A stretch of 64,000 bases of DNA from Acetofilamentum sp. (GTDB lineage: Bacteria; Hydrothermota; 32-111), in NCBI GenBank assembly GCA_020721805.1, contig DYMB01000003.1, forward strand, positions 35,921 through 99,920, in the 5' to 3' direction. Made by a program: the position numbers and the translations under genes. Positions within the stretch are counted from its first letter, which is position 1. Every line of letters begins with the position of its first letter. Below the pieces are notes generated by a model. It saw only the letters and a program-made list of their open reading frames with translations. It searched no databases and had not been told where the DNA came from. This document shows, piece after piece, positions 1 through 9,851 of this stretch.

Positions 1-2
1 CG

Positions 3-554
3 GATGCTTATGATATTGAAGTAATTCCCAGCATAGAGATAGAAACAAAAGAAAAGGTTCATATTCTGGGCTATTTTGAGAATCTACAGGTTATAGAAAA
101 ATTTTATGATCTGTTTGAAAAGAGTTTACCTAAAATAAAGAATCAGCCAGAAAGTATGGGAAAAGAGGTCGTGATGGATATATATGATGAAATTCTTTAT
201 GAATTCCCATATTTTTTAAATGTTTCCTCTAATCTTTCCGTTGAGGAAACTGTATCTCTTATACATAGTTTCGATGGATTGGCTTTCGCATCCAGAATCG
301 ATAAAACAGATTTTTTAACTATATCCAACTTTGAATTCATCACCTCAAACTCAAAAGTCGATTGGATCAAGGTGGTTGAAAATATAGATTTTTATAAGGA
401 AAAATATAGGATAATCTCTTCTTTGGATTCTTACTTTATAGAAGAGATTGGAAAAAGGTTTATAACTTTTGAATATGATGGAAGCATTGAAAATAGAGGA
501 TTTGAAATTTTTAAAAAGGCTCTTAAAGAAAATATGATAGAGTGCCATCTATAG
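3..554 (+). CDS. C-terminal part of a PHP-domain metal-dependent phosphoesterase (5' end lies outside the window)
   Basis: The reading frame is open from base 3 with no stop (DAYDIEVIPSIEIETKEKVHILGY...) and continues into the 156..554 ORF. The motif resembles the PHP-family 'IEVIPGIEI...HILGY' core. Confidence 0.45.
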   Translation, partial: DAYDIEVIPSIEIETKEKVHILGYFENLQVIEKFYDLFEKSLPKIKNQPESMGKEVVMDIYDEILYEFPYFLNVSSNLSVEETVSLIHSFDGLAFASRIDKTDFLTISNFEFITSNSKVDWIKVVENIDFYKEKYRIISSLDSYFIEEIGKRFITFEYDGSIENRGFEIFKKALKENMIECHL

Positions 555-823
555 GGAGAAAAAAGATTGATGATACAAAATAATCTAAAGAGTCAATCCG
601 AATTGTCTATAAAAATGAAAACAATTTTTTTTGATCATCAAAATTTTTTAAATATTAAATCCTATCAGGCAAAATTTATATTAATAAATAATAAAAATCT
701 TTATAAATATCTTACTTAATATAAGAAATCAGGAGATTTTATGAAATTAGAGGATTTAAAAAAATAAAGGAAAAAGAAACTAAAGTTAAAATTGATAAAG
801 CGAGAATAAAAACGGTTGTTTGT

Positions 824-1090
824 ATGGAGACAAATGGAATATCTTTTATTCTAAAAGATTTTTATAGTGGTTTAATTTACGATCTAAAAAAAATGAAATT
901 AAGTGATGGGATTTTTACACGATCAGGTTATAGGGAACCGCGTGATATAGATCCACTGACAGATATTTATTATATAGGGGAAAAAATGGTAACATATGGC
1001 TATTTAACCCCTCAAAAAGTTAAAAGAATAACAGCAGAAAATTTTGTTAAAGGAAAGATTGTTAAAAAGTTGCGAGTTTTTTCTATCTAA
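824..1090 (+). CDS. hypothetical small protein (88 aa), doubtful
   Basis: The composition looks protein-like. I see no convincing RBS. It sits inside an 800-bp AT-rich intergenic region. Confidence 0.2.
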   Translation: METNGISFILKDFYSGLIYDLKKMKLSDGIFTRSGYREPRDIDPLTDIYYIGEKMVTYGYLTPQKVKRITAENFVKGKIVKKLRVFSI

Positions 1091-1354
1091 TTGGTTTATG
1101 GAAAGAAAAATGTACAATGTTAATAATGTAGTTTCTATTTTAAATTGTGGATACACTTTTAAGAACAATCTGTTATTCAAGTTAAAAAAAGATAACATCA
1201 AAAATTCTTTTCTATATAGAATAGAAAAAAAGATGAAATTTCAAATTTTTGAAAATATTTCAAATAAAAAAAGCAAAAAATCAAATCCAATAAAAGGAAA
1301 AAATGTAAAACGGATCTTTAGTTATAAAAACAAAAACTAAATTATGGAGGATTT

Positions 1355-1819
1355 ATGGACAGAGAAAGTATAATGAAAAAGTATGAACCGACTCGTGAAA
1401 ATCTCCTGTATATTTTACACAAGATACAGGATTCAAAAGAGGAGAAATATCTTTCAGAGGAGGATCTGATTGCAGTTTCAAAATACCTTAATTTGAGTAG
1501 ATCAGAGGTGATGGGAGTGGCAACATTCTACACCATGTTTTCAGTGAAAAAGCGTGGTAATCACATTTTAAGAGTATGTGTTTCACCTCCCTGTCAGTTG
1601 ATGGGAAGTGATAACATTTTCAACTATCTTAAAAAGGTTCTTGGAATTAAAGATGGAAAGACAACGAGTGATAACATGTTTACACTTGAAACATCCTCAT
1701 GCCTTGGTCTATGTTCTGTTGCTCCAGCGATGATGGTTGATGATCAAATGTATGGGAATTTAACACCCGAAAAAATTGATGAAATTTTAACCAGTTACAG
1801 GGAGAAGAAAAATGACTAA
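1355..1819 (+). CDS. hydC: NuoE-like [2Fe-2S] subunit of a NAD(P)-linked [FeFe] hydrogenase (HydC)
   Basis: 154 aa with the thioredoxin-like 2Fe-2S motifs CVSPPCQLMGSD and SCLGLCSVAP. A GGAGG RBS lies upstream. It is the first gene of the hydCBA trio. Confidence 0.85.
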   Translation: MDRESIMKKYEPTRENLLYILHKIQDSKEEKYLSEEDLIAVSKYLNLSRSEVMGVATFYTMFSVKKRGNHILRVCVSPPCQLMGSDNIFNYLKKVLGIKDGKTTSDNMFTLETSSCLGLCSVAPAMMVDDQMYGNLTPEKIDEILTSYREKKND

Positions 1820-3386
1820 AATATTTAGAAGTCATATTTTTATTTCGATGGATCCCAAATCTCTTCTTGCAGAATCTACAGGGGTTTATGAGAAGTTAAA
1901 AAAAGAAATAGAAAAAAATGGTCTTGAAAATGAAATAATGGTTACAAAGACTGGAAACCTCGGTATATCAGATAAGGGAGTTGTGCTTGTAGTTTATCCC
2001 GAAGGTGTTTCTTATGTTAATGTTAAAAAAGATGATGTTGATAGGATAGTTAAAGAACATCTTATTAAAGGAAAAATATTAAAAGATCTTCTTTTTGAAG
2101 GTGAAGTGGTTAAAAAAGATGGTAGTTTGTTTGAAAGACCAAAAGAGGAAAGAATAGTTTTAAAAGGAGTGGGAGAAATAGATCCTGAAAATATCGATGA
2201 ATATATAACAATTGGTGGATTTGAAGCTTTAGAAAAATCTTTGCTTAAAATGAAGCCAGAGGATGTGATAGATCAGGTTAAAGAATCTGGACTCAGAGGA
2301 AGAGGAGGAGCTGGTTTTCCAACAGGGTTGAAATGGTCTTTTACTGCGCCATTAAAAGGAGAAAAATATATTATTTGCAATGCGGATGAGGGAGAACCGG
2401 GAACTTTTAAGGATAGATTGATAATGGAAGGTCTTCCCTTCAGATTGATTGAAGGAATGATAATAGCAGGATATGCTATAGGTGCTTCAAAAGGTTATAT
2501 ATACATTAGAGGAGAATATGCTCTTTCAATAAAAAGGATTGAAAAGGCAATAAATAAATGCAAAGAGTATAATTTCCTTGGCAAAAATATTTTAAAGTCA
2601 GATTTTTCATTCGATATTGAGGTTAAAAAGGGAGCTGGTGCATATGTTTGCGGAGAGGAAACTTCCCTGATAGAATCTATGGAAGGTAAAAGAGGCAATC
2701 CAAGAAATAAACCACCATTTCCAGGAGTTAGGGGTTTCAAAGATAAGCCATCAGTTGTTAACAATGTTGAAACTCTTACGAATGTTCCAGAAATAATCAA
2801 CAGGGGAAGCGAATGGTATAAAAAAATTGGTATCCCAAAATGTCCAGGAACAAAAATTTATACACTTATGGGAGATATTCTTTATCCCGGGCTTATAGAA
2901 GTACCAATGGGAACAACTCTCAAAGATATAATTTTCAAATTTGGTGGTGGTTTGAAAGAGGGCAAAAAATTTAAAGCTGCCTTGATAGGTGGAGCTGCAG
3001 GTGCTTTCTTATCCCAAAAACAAATTGATGTTAAGATGGATTTTGATTCTTTGGGAGAATATTCCGCTCTTCTTGGATCCGGTGCAATATTGGTTCTTTC
3101 CGAAGAAAGGAATACCTATGAAACACTCGATTCTATACTCCAATTTTTCAAACATGAGTCGTGTGGAAAATGTTCACCATGCAGAATAGGGACAAAGCAA
3201 CTTTCCATAATGTCTAAAAATATTCTAAATGGTAAAGCGACCATAAGAGATTGGGAAAAGATGAAAAATTTATCATATGTTATGAAACTCACATCTTTCT
3301 GCCCTCTTGGACAGTCACCATATATACCAATAAATAGTTTCAGCAAATATCTTGAAGATGATGTAAAAAAAATATTAAATAAATAA
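1812..3386 (+). CDS. hydB: NuoF-like FMN/NAD(P)H-binding subunit of [FeFe] hydrogenase (HydB)
   Basis: 524 aa. It has the GRGGAGFPTGLKW FMN/NADH site and the ESCGKCSPCRIG...C 4Fe-4S (N3-type) motif. Its start overlaps the end of hydC. Confidence 0.85.
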   Translation: MTKIFRSHIFISMDPKSLLAESTGVYEKLKKEIEKNGLENEIMVTKTGNLGISDKGVVLVVYPEGVSYVNVKKDDVDRIVKEHLIKGKILKDLLFEGEVVKKDGSLFERPKEERIVLKGVGEIDPENIDEYITIGGFEALEKSLLKMKPEDVIDQVKESGLRGRGGAGFPTGLKWSFTAPLKGEKYIICNADEGEPGTFKDRLIMEGLPFRLIEGMIIAGYAIGASKGYIYIRGEYALSIKRIEKAINKCKEYNFLGKNILKSDFSFDIEVKKGAGAYVCGEETSLIESMEGKRGNPRNKPPFPGVRGFKDKPSVVNNVETLTNVPEIINRGSEWYKKIGIPKCPGTKIYTLMGDILYPGLIEVPMGTTLKDIIFKFGGGLKEGKKFKAALIGGAAGAFLSQKQIDVKMDFDSLGEYSALLGSGAILVLSEERNTYETLDSILQFFKHESCGKCSPCRIGTKQLSIMSKNILNGKATIRDWEKMKNLSYVMKLTSFCPLGQSPYIPINSFSKYLEDDVKKILNK

Positions 3387-3396
3387 GGAGAGAAGA

Positions 3397-5181
3397 ATGG
3401 TTAAAGAATTAACGGTTTATATCGATGGTTTTGAAGTAAAGGTTCCAGAGGGAACCACGATACTTGATGCTGCTAAAAAGATAAATGTTGATATTCCAAC
3501 TCTCTGTTATTATAAAGACCTAACACCAACAGGAAACTGCGGTATATGTGTGGTGGAGGTGGAGAATAGCCCAACACTGAAAAGATCCTGTTGCACTCCG
3601 GTTAGTGATAAGATGAGAATCAATACAGCCACAAAACAGGTTATCGATGCAAGAAAGACTCTTCTTCAACTTATACTTTCAAACCATCCAAACGATTGCC
3701 TTGAATGTTTCAAAAATCAAAATTGTGAATTGCAATCTCTTGCAGAAAAACTTGGTGTTTATGAATTACCGTTTGAAAGGTTTGATAGGGATCTTCCACT
3801 TGATGATAAGGGAGTCATAATAAGGGATCCAAACAAATGTATACTTTGTGGAAGATGTATAGAGGTATGTCAGGAAGTACAGTCAGTTTTTGCCATAGAC
3901 TTTATAAATAGAGGATACGAAACAAAAGTGGCACCTTTTATGGATATGCCTTTATCTGAAAGTGTATGCACAAACTGCGGGCAGTGTGTTGTTGTTTGTC
4001 CGGTTGGAGCACTTTATGAAAAGTCAAATATAGATGATGTCTGGGCAGCCATAAATGATCCTAAAAAGCATGTTGTGGTTCAAGAAGCACCTGCTGTTAG
4101 AGTAGCGATAGGTGAAGAGTTTGGGTTTAAAGAGGGTGAAGTAACAGCTGGTAAAATGCATGCTGTATTGAGAAGGATGGGATTCGATAAAGTCTTTGAT
4201 ACCAACTTTACCGCCGATCTAACAATTATGGAAGAGGGAACAGAAGTTGTCCATAAAATATACGAAGCTTTTGAAACCGGTAATTTTGGAAAACATTTGC
4301 CAGTTATCACTTCCTGTTCACCTGGATGGATAAAATTTATGGAAACATTTTTTGCTGACATAAAAGAACATGTTTCATCCTCGAAATCTCCACAGCAGAT
4401 GTTCGGAGCACTTTCAAAAACATATTATGCCAAGGTTTCAAACATAGATCCAAAAAATATAGTTTCAGTTTCCATAATGCCATGTACCGCAAAAAAGTAT
4501 GAAGCTGATAGACCTGAAATGAATGCAAGTGGATATAAGGATGTTGATTATGTTCTTACAACGAGAGAGTTCGCAAAGATGATAAGACAATCGGGAATAG
4601 ACTTCAAGAATTTATCTGATGAACCCGCTGATGAGTTGATGGGATTCTATACGGGTGCCGCAACAATTTTTGGTGCCACAGGCGGAGTTATGGAAGCGGC
4701 TATAAGAACCGCTTATTTTATCCTTTCCGGTGAAGAACTGAAAGATTATGATATAAAGATAGTCAGAGGAATGGAAGGTGTAAAAGAGGGTGTTCTTGAA
4801 GTTCCAGTAAAAAAACTTGGTAAAAAGGTCCAATTGAAAGTTGCGGTTGCACATGGATTATCCAATGCAAGAAATCTTTTAACAAAGGTTGCTAAACAAC
4901 TCAAAGAAAAAGGAGAATCCGAATATCACTTCATAGAGATAATGGCATGTCCAGGCGGATGTGTTGGAGGTGGTGGACAACCGTATGCATCCGAATACGC
5001 CGCAAGGGCAAGAAGAGCAGAAGGTCTTTATAAAGAGGATAGAGAGATGTTACAGTTTAGAGCATCACACCAGAACCCAATGGTTCAAAAAGTATATAAA
5101 GATTTTCTTAAAGAACCTTATTCGGAACTTGCACATAAACTTTTACATACAAAATATGTTGATAGATCGGACCTTGTATAA
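3397..5181 (+). CDS. hydA: [FeFe] hydrogenase catalytic subunit HydA (M3 architecture)
   Basis: 594 aa. The N-terminal 2Fe-2S Cys motif is present, then NHPNDCLEC (His-ligated 4Fe-4S) and two ferredoxin motifs (CILCGRCIEVC, CTNCGQCVVVCP). H-cluster motifs MPCTAKKYE and EIMACPGGCVGGGGQP are present. The L1 motif reads TSCSPGW. Confidence 0.9.
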   Translation: MVKELTVYIDGFEVKVPEGTTILDAAKKINVDIPTLCYYKDLTPTGNCGICVVEVENSPTLKRSCCTPVSDKMRINTATKQVIDARKTLLQLILSNHPNDCLECFKNQNCELQSLAEKLGVYELPFERFDRDLPLDDKGVIIRDPNKCILCGRCIEVCQEVQSVFAIDFINRGYETKVAPFMDMPLSESVCTNCGQCVVVCPVGALYEKSNIDDVWAAINDPKKHVVVQEAPAVRVAIGEEFGFKEGEVTAGKMHAVLRRMGFDKVFDTNFTADLTIMEEGTEVVHKIYEAFETGNFGKHLPVITSCSPGWIKFMETFFADIKEHVSSSKSPQQMFGALSKTYYAKVSNIDPKNIVSVSIMPCTAKKYEADRPEMNASGYKDVDYVLTTREFAKMIRQSGIDFKNLSDEPADELMGFYTGAATIFGATGGVMEAAIRTAYFILSGEELKDYDIKIVRGMEGVKEGVLEVPVKKLGKKVQLKVAVAHGLSNARNLLTKVAKQLKEKGESEYHFIEIMACPGGCVGGGGQPYASEYAARARRAEGLYKEDREMLQFRASHQNPMVQKVYKDFLKEPYSELAHKLLHTKYVDRSDLV

Positions 5182-5200
5182 ATTTGAAAATTTCCTAAAT

Positions 5201-5230
5201 AAAAAAGGGGGTTTTAAAACCCCTTTTTTA
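5201..5230. terminator. bidirectional rho-independent terminator between convergent hydA and yjbQ-family gene
   Basis: The sequence is AAAAAAGGGGG-ttttaaaa-CCCCTTTTTTT, a perfect palindrome with a GC stem flanked by an A-run and a T-run. Confidence 0.75.
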
Positions 5231-5235
5231 TTAAA

Positions 5236-5640
5236 TCATATTATTTGAACGATTATCTTTCTATTTTTTCTTGGACCATCAAATTCACAAAACATTATGG
5301 ATTGCCATGTTCCAAGTAAAACTCTTTTATCTTTGAGAGGAATGGTTATCCCAGATCCAACAAGACTACTCTTTATGTGTGCAGCACCATTATTATCTAT
5401 CCTGTTATGAAGATAGGAACCATTCTTAGGTATAATTTTGTTTAAATAGTTCAAAAAATCTTTTTTTATGTTCGGATCCGCACTCTCATTTATAATTATT
5501 CCAGCAGTAGCATGTGGAACAAAAATATGGACTATACCCTGCTCAATATTTGAAAGTCTTACAATATTATAAATCTCTTCGGTTATATCTATTATCTCTT
5601 CAGAACTTTTTGTTTCTATATTTAATTCATGAAAAAACAT
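5236..5640 (-). CDS. YjbQ/UPF0047-family protein (secondary thiamine-phosphate synthase-like)
   Basis: 134 aa. The size and sequence pattern (HATAGIIINESADPNIKKD) are typical of the YjbQ family. Confidence 0.6.
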   Translation of the reverse strand: MFFHELNIETKSSEEIIDITEEIYNIVRLSNIEQGIVHIFVPHATAGIIINESADPNIKKDFLNYLNKIIPKNGSYLHNRIDNNGAAHIKSSLVGSGITIPLKDKRVLLGTWQSIMFCEFDGPRKNRKIIVQII

Positions 5641-5766
5641 ACTATTATTATATCCACAAAAAAAGATCTTTCAAGTTTTTCAATATTCTTACCTTTAAAA
5701 GATAAAATATTGATTTTAAAAGTGTTTTATGTTAAACTAATAAACTAAATTTTAAAGGGGTATATT

Positions 5767-6474
5767 ATGAAAAATTTAAGGGATCTGGTTAAGGAAGGAA
5801 ATGATATGCTTCAAAAAGGGGAATATAAAAAAGCATTGTTTATATTTTTAAATGTTTTGAAAGAGCATCCTGATTGGCCAGATGTTAGAAACTACCTTGG
5901 TTTATCATACAATTTTCTTAACAATCTTGAAGAATCTGTAAAACAGTTTAAAGAGGCACTGAAATTGAATCCTAATTATATAGAGGCACATCTTAATCTT
6001 GCTTTAACCTATAATGAAATGGGAAGTTATAAACTTGCCAGGGAAGAATTTGAAAAAGCTTCCATTCTTGAAAAAAAACTTGGAAATACTGGATTTGGTA
6101 AAAAGGAAAAAATTATAAAACTCTTACTACAACTTGGAGAACTTTATTTTGAGATAAAAGATTACAACAATGCCCTTGAAGTTTTCAAAAAGGCAGACTC
6201 GATTTCAAAGAAGTATCCTGATATCAAGTTGAAAATTGGAAAAGTCTATTATGAAATGAAAAAATATGCAAATTCTTTGCTTTATTTGAAAAAAAGCATA
6301 GAGTTAAACAGTGATATGGAAGACGCATATTTTTATATCGGACTTATATATTTCAATCAAAAAAAGTTAAAAGAGGCTAAAAAATATTGGGAAGATCTTT
6401 TAAAAAGATTTCCTGAAAACAAAAAGGTAATTCCTTATTTAAAAATTGTAAATGAAAAAAAGGAGTTAAGATGA
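5767..6474 (+). CDS. tetratricopeptide-repeat protein
   Basis: 235 aa with several TPR-like 34-aa repeats (e.g. ALxLNPNYIEAHLNLALTY). The RBS is AAAGGGG. Confidence 0.6.
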   Translation: MKNLRDLVKEGNDMLQKGEYKKALFIFLNVLKEHPDWPDVRNYLGLSYNFLNNLEESVKQFKEALKLNPNYIEAHLNLALTYNEMGSYKLAREEFEKASILEKKLGNTGFGKKEKIIKLLLQLGELYFEIKDYNNALEVFKKADSISKKYPDIKLKIGKVYYEMKKYANSLLYLKKSIELNSDMEDAYFYIGLIYFNQKKLKEAKKYWEDLLKRFPENKKVIPYLKIVNEKKELR

Positions 6475-7097
6475 CAATTCATAAATTAAAACATCCTCTT
6501 GGGCTTGAAAAATTATCCATTTTGAGGAGTAAAAATACTAGTTCGGATATCTTTGCAAAAAATCTTGAGGAACTTTCACTATTACTCTTTATTGAGGCAA
6601 CAAAGAATTTAGATTTAAAAAAAGTTAAAATAGATACCCCATTCAAACAAATAGATGGTGATTTTATTAAAAAGGAAATACTTTTAGTTCCAATCCTTAG
6701 AGCCGGTATGGGTATGGTATCACTTATAAGAAAATTTTTTTCAAACACACATGTTGGTATGATCGGTCTAAAAAGGGATGAGCATATTTTAAAACCTATA
6801 ACATACTATGTGAACCTTCCAAAAAATCTATCCAATTTTGACATTTTTATTCTTGATCCTATGCTTGCCACAGGTGGTTCAATAGTTAAAACGATGGAAA
6901 TACTTTCAGGTTACAATGCAAAACCTGATGCGATAATAAGTATCATATCAGCCCCCGAAGGATTAAAACTTGTCGAAGAATACAACAAGGATGTAGATAT
7001 CTATACGGTTGCTGTTGATGAGAAACTTAATGAGAATGGCTACATAATACCAGGACTTGGCGATGCTGGTGATAGATTTTTCAACACGGAGGAATAA
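6471..7097 (+). CDS. upp: uracil phosphoribosyltransferase
   Basis: 208 aa with the C-terminal YIIPGLGDAGDRFF signature of Upp and a PRPP-binding loop. There is an ATGA overlap with the upstream gene. Confidence 0.85.
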   Translation: MTIHKLKHPLGLEKLSILRSKNTSSDIFAKNLEELSLLLFIEATKNLDLKKVKIDTPFKQIDGDFIKKEILLVPILRAGMGMVSLIRKFFSNTHVGMIGLKRDEHILKPITYYVNLPKNLSNFDIFILDPMLATGGSIVKTMEILSGYNAKPDAIISIISAPEGLKLVEEYNKDVDIYTVAVDEKLNENGYIIPGLGDAGDRFFNTEE

Positions 7098-9850
7098 TGG
7101 ATTACAAGAAGAGTTTGAATCTTCCCGAAACAGATTTTCCAATGAAGGCTAATCTTCCAGTTTTGGAAGAGGAAATTTTAAAATACTGGGATGTTATAGA
7201 TATATACGATAGAATTTTAAATGAAAGAAAGGATAAGGAACTTTATGTTTTACATGATGGACCTCCATATGCTAATGGTCATATACATATAGGAACAGCC
7301 TTCAATAAAATTTTGAAAGATTTTATTATCAAATATAAAAATTTAAAAGGGTATAGAGTCCCTTATGTTCCCGGATGGGATTGCCATGGTATGCCTATAG
7401 AGCATAATGTCACAAAAGAACTTGGACCAAAAATAAAAGAAACGACAGTTTTAGAATTGAGAGAAAAATGTCGAGATTATGCATCAAAATATGTTGATAA
7501 ACAGAGAGGTGAATTTAAAAGACTTGGTCTATTTGGAGATTGGGAACATCCTTACATAACTATGTCATCAGATTATGAGGCTGATGTGATTGATAATTTT
7601 GGAAAACTGGTTGAAAAGGGTTATATATACAGGGGATTGAGACCGATACATTGGTGTATGAAATGCCAAACAGCTCTTGCAGGTAATGAGATAGAATATG
7701 AGGATAAAGAATCTCCTTCCATTTTTGTAAAATTCAAAGTTGAAGATGAGGATAAATATTTTCTAATATGGACAACAACCCCTTGGACACTTCCAGCAAA
7801 TGTTGCCATTGCATTACATCCAGAAGAAAAATATGTTGAGGTTGAATCATCTTATGGAAGACTCATAATTATGAAGAAACTTTCCAATTCAGTAAAAGAG
7901 AAATTGAAAGATGAGAAATTTAAAATTATCGAGGAGAATGGTCCTGAAAAATATGTAGAAAAGAAATATCTCCATCCGATATACAAATCTAAAATTGGAA
8001 AGGTTATTTTTGCAGATTTTGTGACTACGGATATAGGAACCGGAATAGTTCATATCGCTCCGGGACATGGGTATGATGATTATCAGGCAGGTATTAAAAA
8101 TGGACTCGATATAGTCTGTCCTGTTAACAAAGAAGGTAGATACTATCCTGAAGTTGAAAAATATGGAAATATGAATGTTTTTGAAGCAAACGATCATATT
8201 ATTAGAGATCTACAGGATGAAGGGGCTCTTATCCACAATGAAACCATTATGCATTCTTATCCGGTCTGCTGGAGATGTAAAAGTGAACTCATATTCAGAG
8301 CGACCGAGCAATGGTTTCTTGATGTAGAGAAAAATGGTTTAAGAGAAAAGTTGCTTGAAGAGATAGATAAAACAAAATGGATTCCAGATTGGTCAAAGGA
8401 TAGAATATACAATATGGTAAAAACCAGACCAGATTGGTGTCTTTCAAGGCAAAGGAGTTGGGGAGTCCCTATACCTGTTTTTTACTGCAAAAAATGTTCA
8501 ACTCCACATATTAAGAAGGAAACCATAGACCGGATAAGGGATATAGTTTTAAAGGAAGGATCCGATATATGGTTTAAAGAGGATGTAAACTATTTTGTAA
8601 AAGATTTAAAATGTGAAAAATGTGGTTCTACTGAATTTGAAAAAGAGACAGATATATTTGATGTATGGTTTGATTCATCTTTAAGTCATTCTGCTGTGGT
8701 TAAAAAAAGAAAGGAACTAAGATGGCCATCAGATCTTTATCTTGAGGCTGTTGATCAACATAGGGGTTGGTTTCAGGTTTCTTTGATAGTCTCAACCGCT
8801 ACAGATGATAAAGCACCTTATAGAGAGGTTTTGACACATGGTTTGATACTTGATAAAAATATGAAAAAAATGTCAAAATCGCTTGGAAATGTTTTTTCTC
8901 CTGAAACTATATGTAAAAAATATGGAGCCGAGATAATAAGATTATGGTTTTTCTCAATAGATTATACTTCAGATGCACCATTTGGAGAAGAACTATTAAA
9001 CGGTTCCAAAGAAGTCTATTTTAAAATTAGAAACACTATAAGATTTATGCTTGGAAATCTTGCCAACGCCGATCCTTCAAATTTTGTTATCGAAACCGAA
9101 AAAATGAACCCTATAGATAGATACATACTTGCAGACTATGTTCGGATAAGAAAAAGGATTATCAAAAGTTATGATAGATATGAGTTTCATAAGGTCTTTA
9201 AAGAACTTTATTCTTTCATTACAAATGATCTATCATCTTTCTATCTGGATATATTAAAGGATAGATTGTATACATATCCTAAAAATTCAACACATAGAGT
9301 TTCAGGTTTATTCACTCTCAATATTCTTCTTGATGATATGCTAAAACTCTTAGCCCCTATAATACCTTTTACAGTTGAACAGGCATACCGTTATTTCAAT
9401 AAAAAAGATAAAAAAGATTCCATTCATCTTGAGATACTTTCAGATGAAATATATAAATTTGAAGATGAAAATATTTTGAAAGATTTTGAAATTCTTACCT
9501 CTATCAGGGAAAATGTTCTTCTACAACTTGAAAATTTGAGATCTCAAAACATTATTGGTAAATCTATTGAAGCCAACCTTATCATCAGTGGTGAAAATGA
9601 TGGTGCAAAAAATATTCTTGAAAAATATGAAGGGATACTTTCACAACTCTTTATAGTTTCAAATGTTAAAATTAAAGATAATGATGGTGAGATATTCCAG
9701 AAAGATACTTTTATTTTTAAAATGAAATCTGAAAAAGCAACCGAAGAAAAATGTTTGAGATGCTGGTTGCATCTTGATTCCGTTGGAAAACATCCAGATC
9801 ATCCACAGATCTGTGATAAATGTTATGAAGCTATTAAGATGGAGGAATAA
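7097..9850 (+). CDS. ileS: isoleucine--tRNA ligase
   Basis: 917 aa. It has the HIGH motif (PYANGHIHIGTAF), KMSKS, and a C-terminal Zn-finger Cys cluster (CLRCW...CDKC). Confidence 0.95.
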   Translation: MDYKKSLNLPETDFPMKANLPVLEEEILKYWDVIDIYDRILNERKDKELYVLHDGPPYANGHIHIGTAFNKILKDFIIKYKNLKGYRVPYVPGWDCHGMPIEHNVTKELGPKIKETTVLELREKCRDYASKYVDKQRGEFKRLGLFGDWEHPYITMSSDYEADVIDNFGKLVEKGYIYRGLRPIHWCMKCQTALAGNEIEYEDKESPSIFVKFKVEDEDKYFLIWTTTPWTLPANVAIALHPEEKYVEVESSYGRLIIMKKLSNSVKEKLKDEKFKIIEENGPEKYVEKKYLHPIYKSKIGKVIFADFVTTDIGTGIVHIAPGHGYDDYQAGIKNGLDIVCPVNKEGRYYPEVEKYGNMNVFEANDHIIRDLQDEGALIHNETIMHSYPVCWRCKSELIFRATEQWFLDVEKNGLREKLLEEIDKTKWIPDWSKDRIYNMVKTRPDWCLSRQRSWGVPIPVFYCKKCSTPHIKKETIDRIRDIVLKEGSDIWFKEDVNYFVKDLKCEKCGSTEFEKETDIFDVWFDSSLSHSAVVKKRKELRWPSDLYLEAVDQHRGWFQVSLIVSTATDDKAPYREVLTHGLILDKNMKKMSKSLGNVFSPETICKKYGAEIIRLWFFSIDYTSDAPFGEELLNGSKEVYFKIRNTIRFMLGNLANADPSNFVIETEKMNPIDRYILADYVRIRKRIIKSYDRYEFHKVFKELYSFITNDLSSFYLDILKDRLYTYPKNSTHRVSGLFTLNILLDDMLKLLAPIIPFTVEQAYRYFNKKDKKDSIHLEILSDEIYKFEDENILKDFEILTSIRENVLLQLENLRSQNIIGKSIEANLIISGENDGAKNILEKYEGILSQLFIVSNVKIKDNDGEIFQKDTFIFKMKSEKATEEKCLRCWLHLDSVGKHPDHPQICDKCYEAIKMEE

Positions 9851-9851
9851 T

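Noticed and set aside
1044-1340. 98-aa ORF upstream of hydC
   Set aside because: It is K/N/I-rich and low complexity, has no SD, and overlaps the other weak ORF (824..1090). I treat it as non-coding leader sequence.
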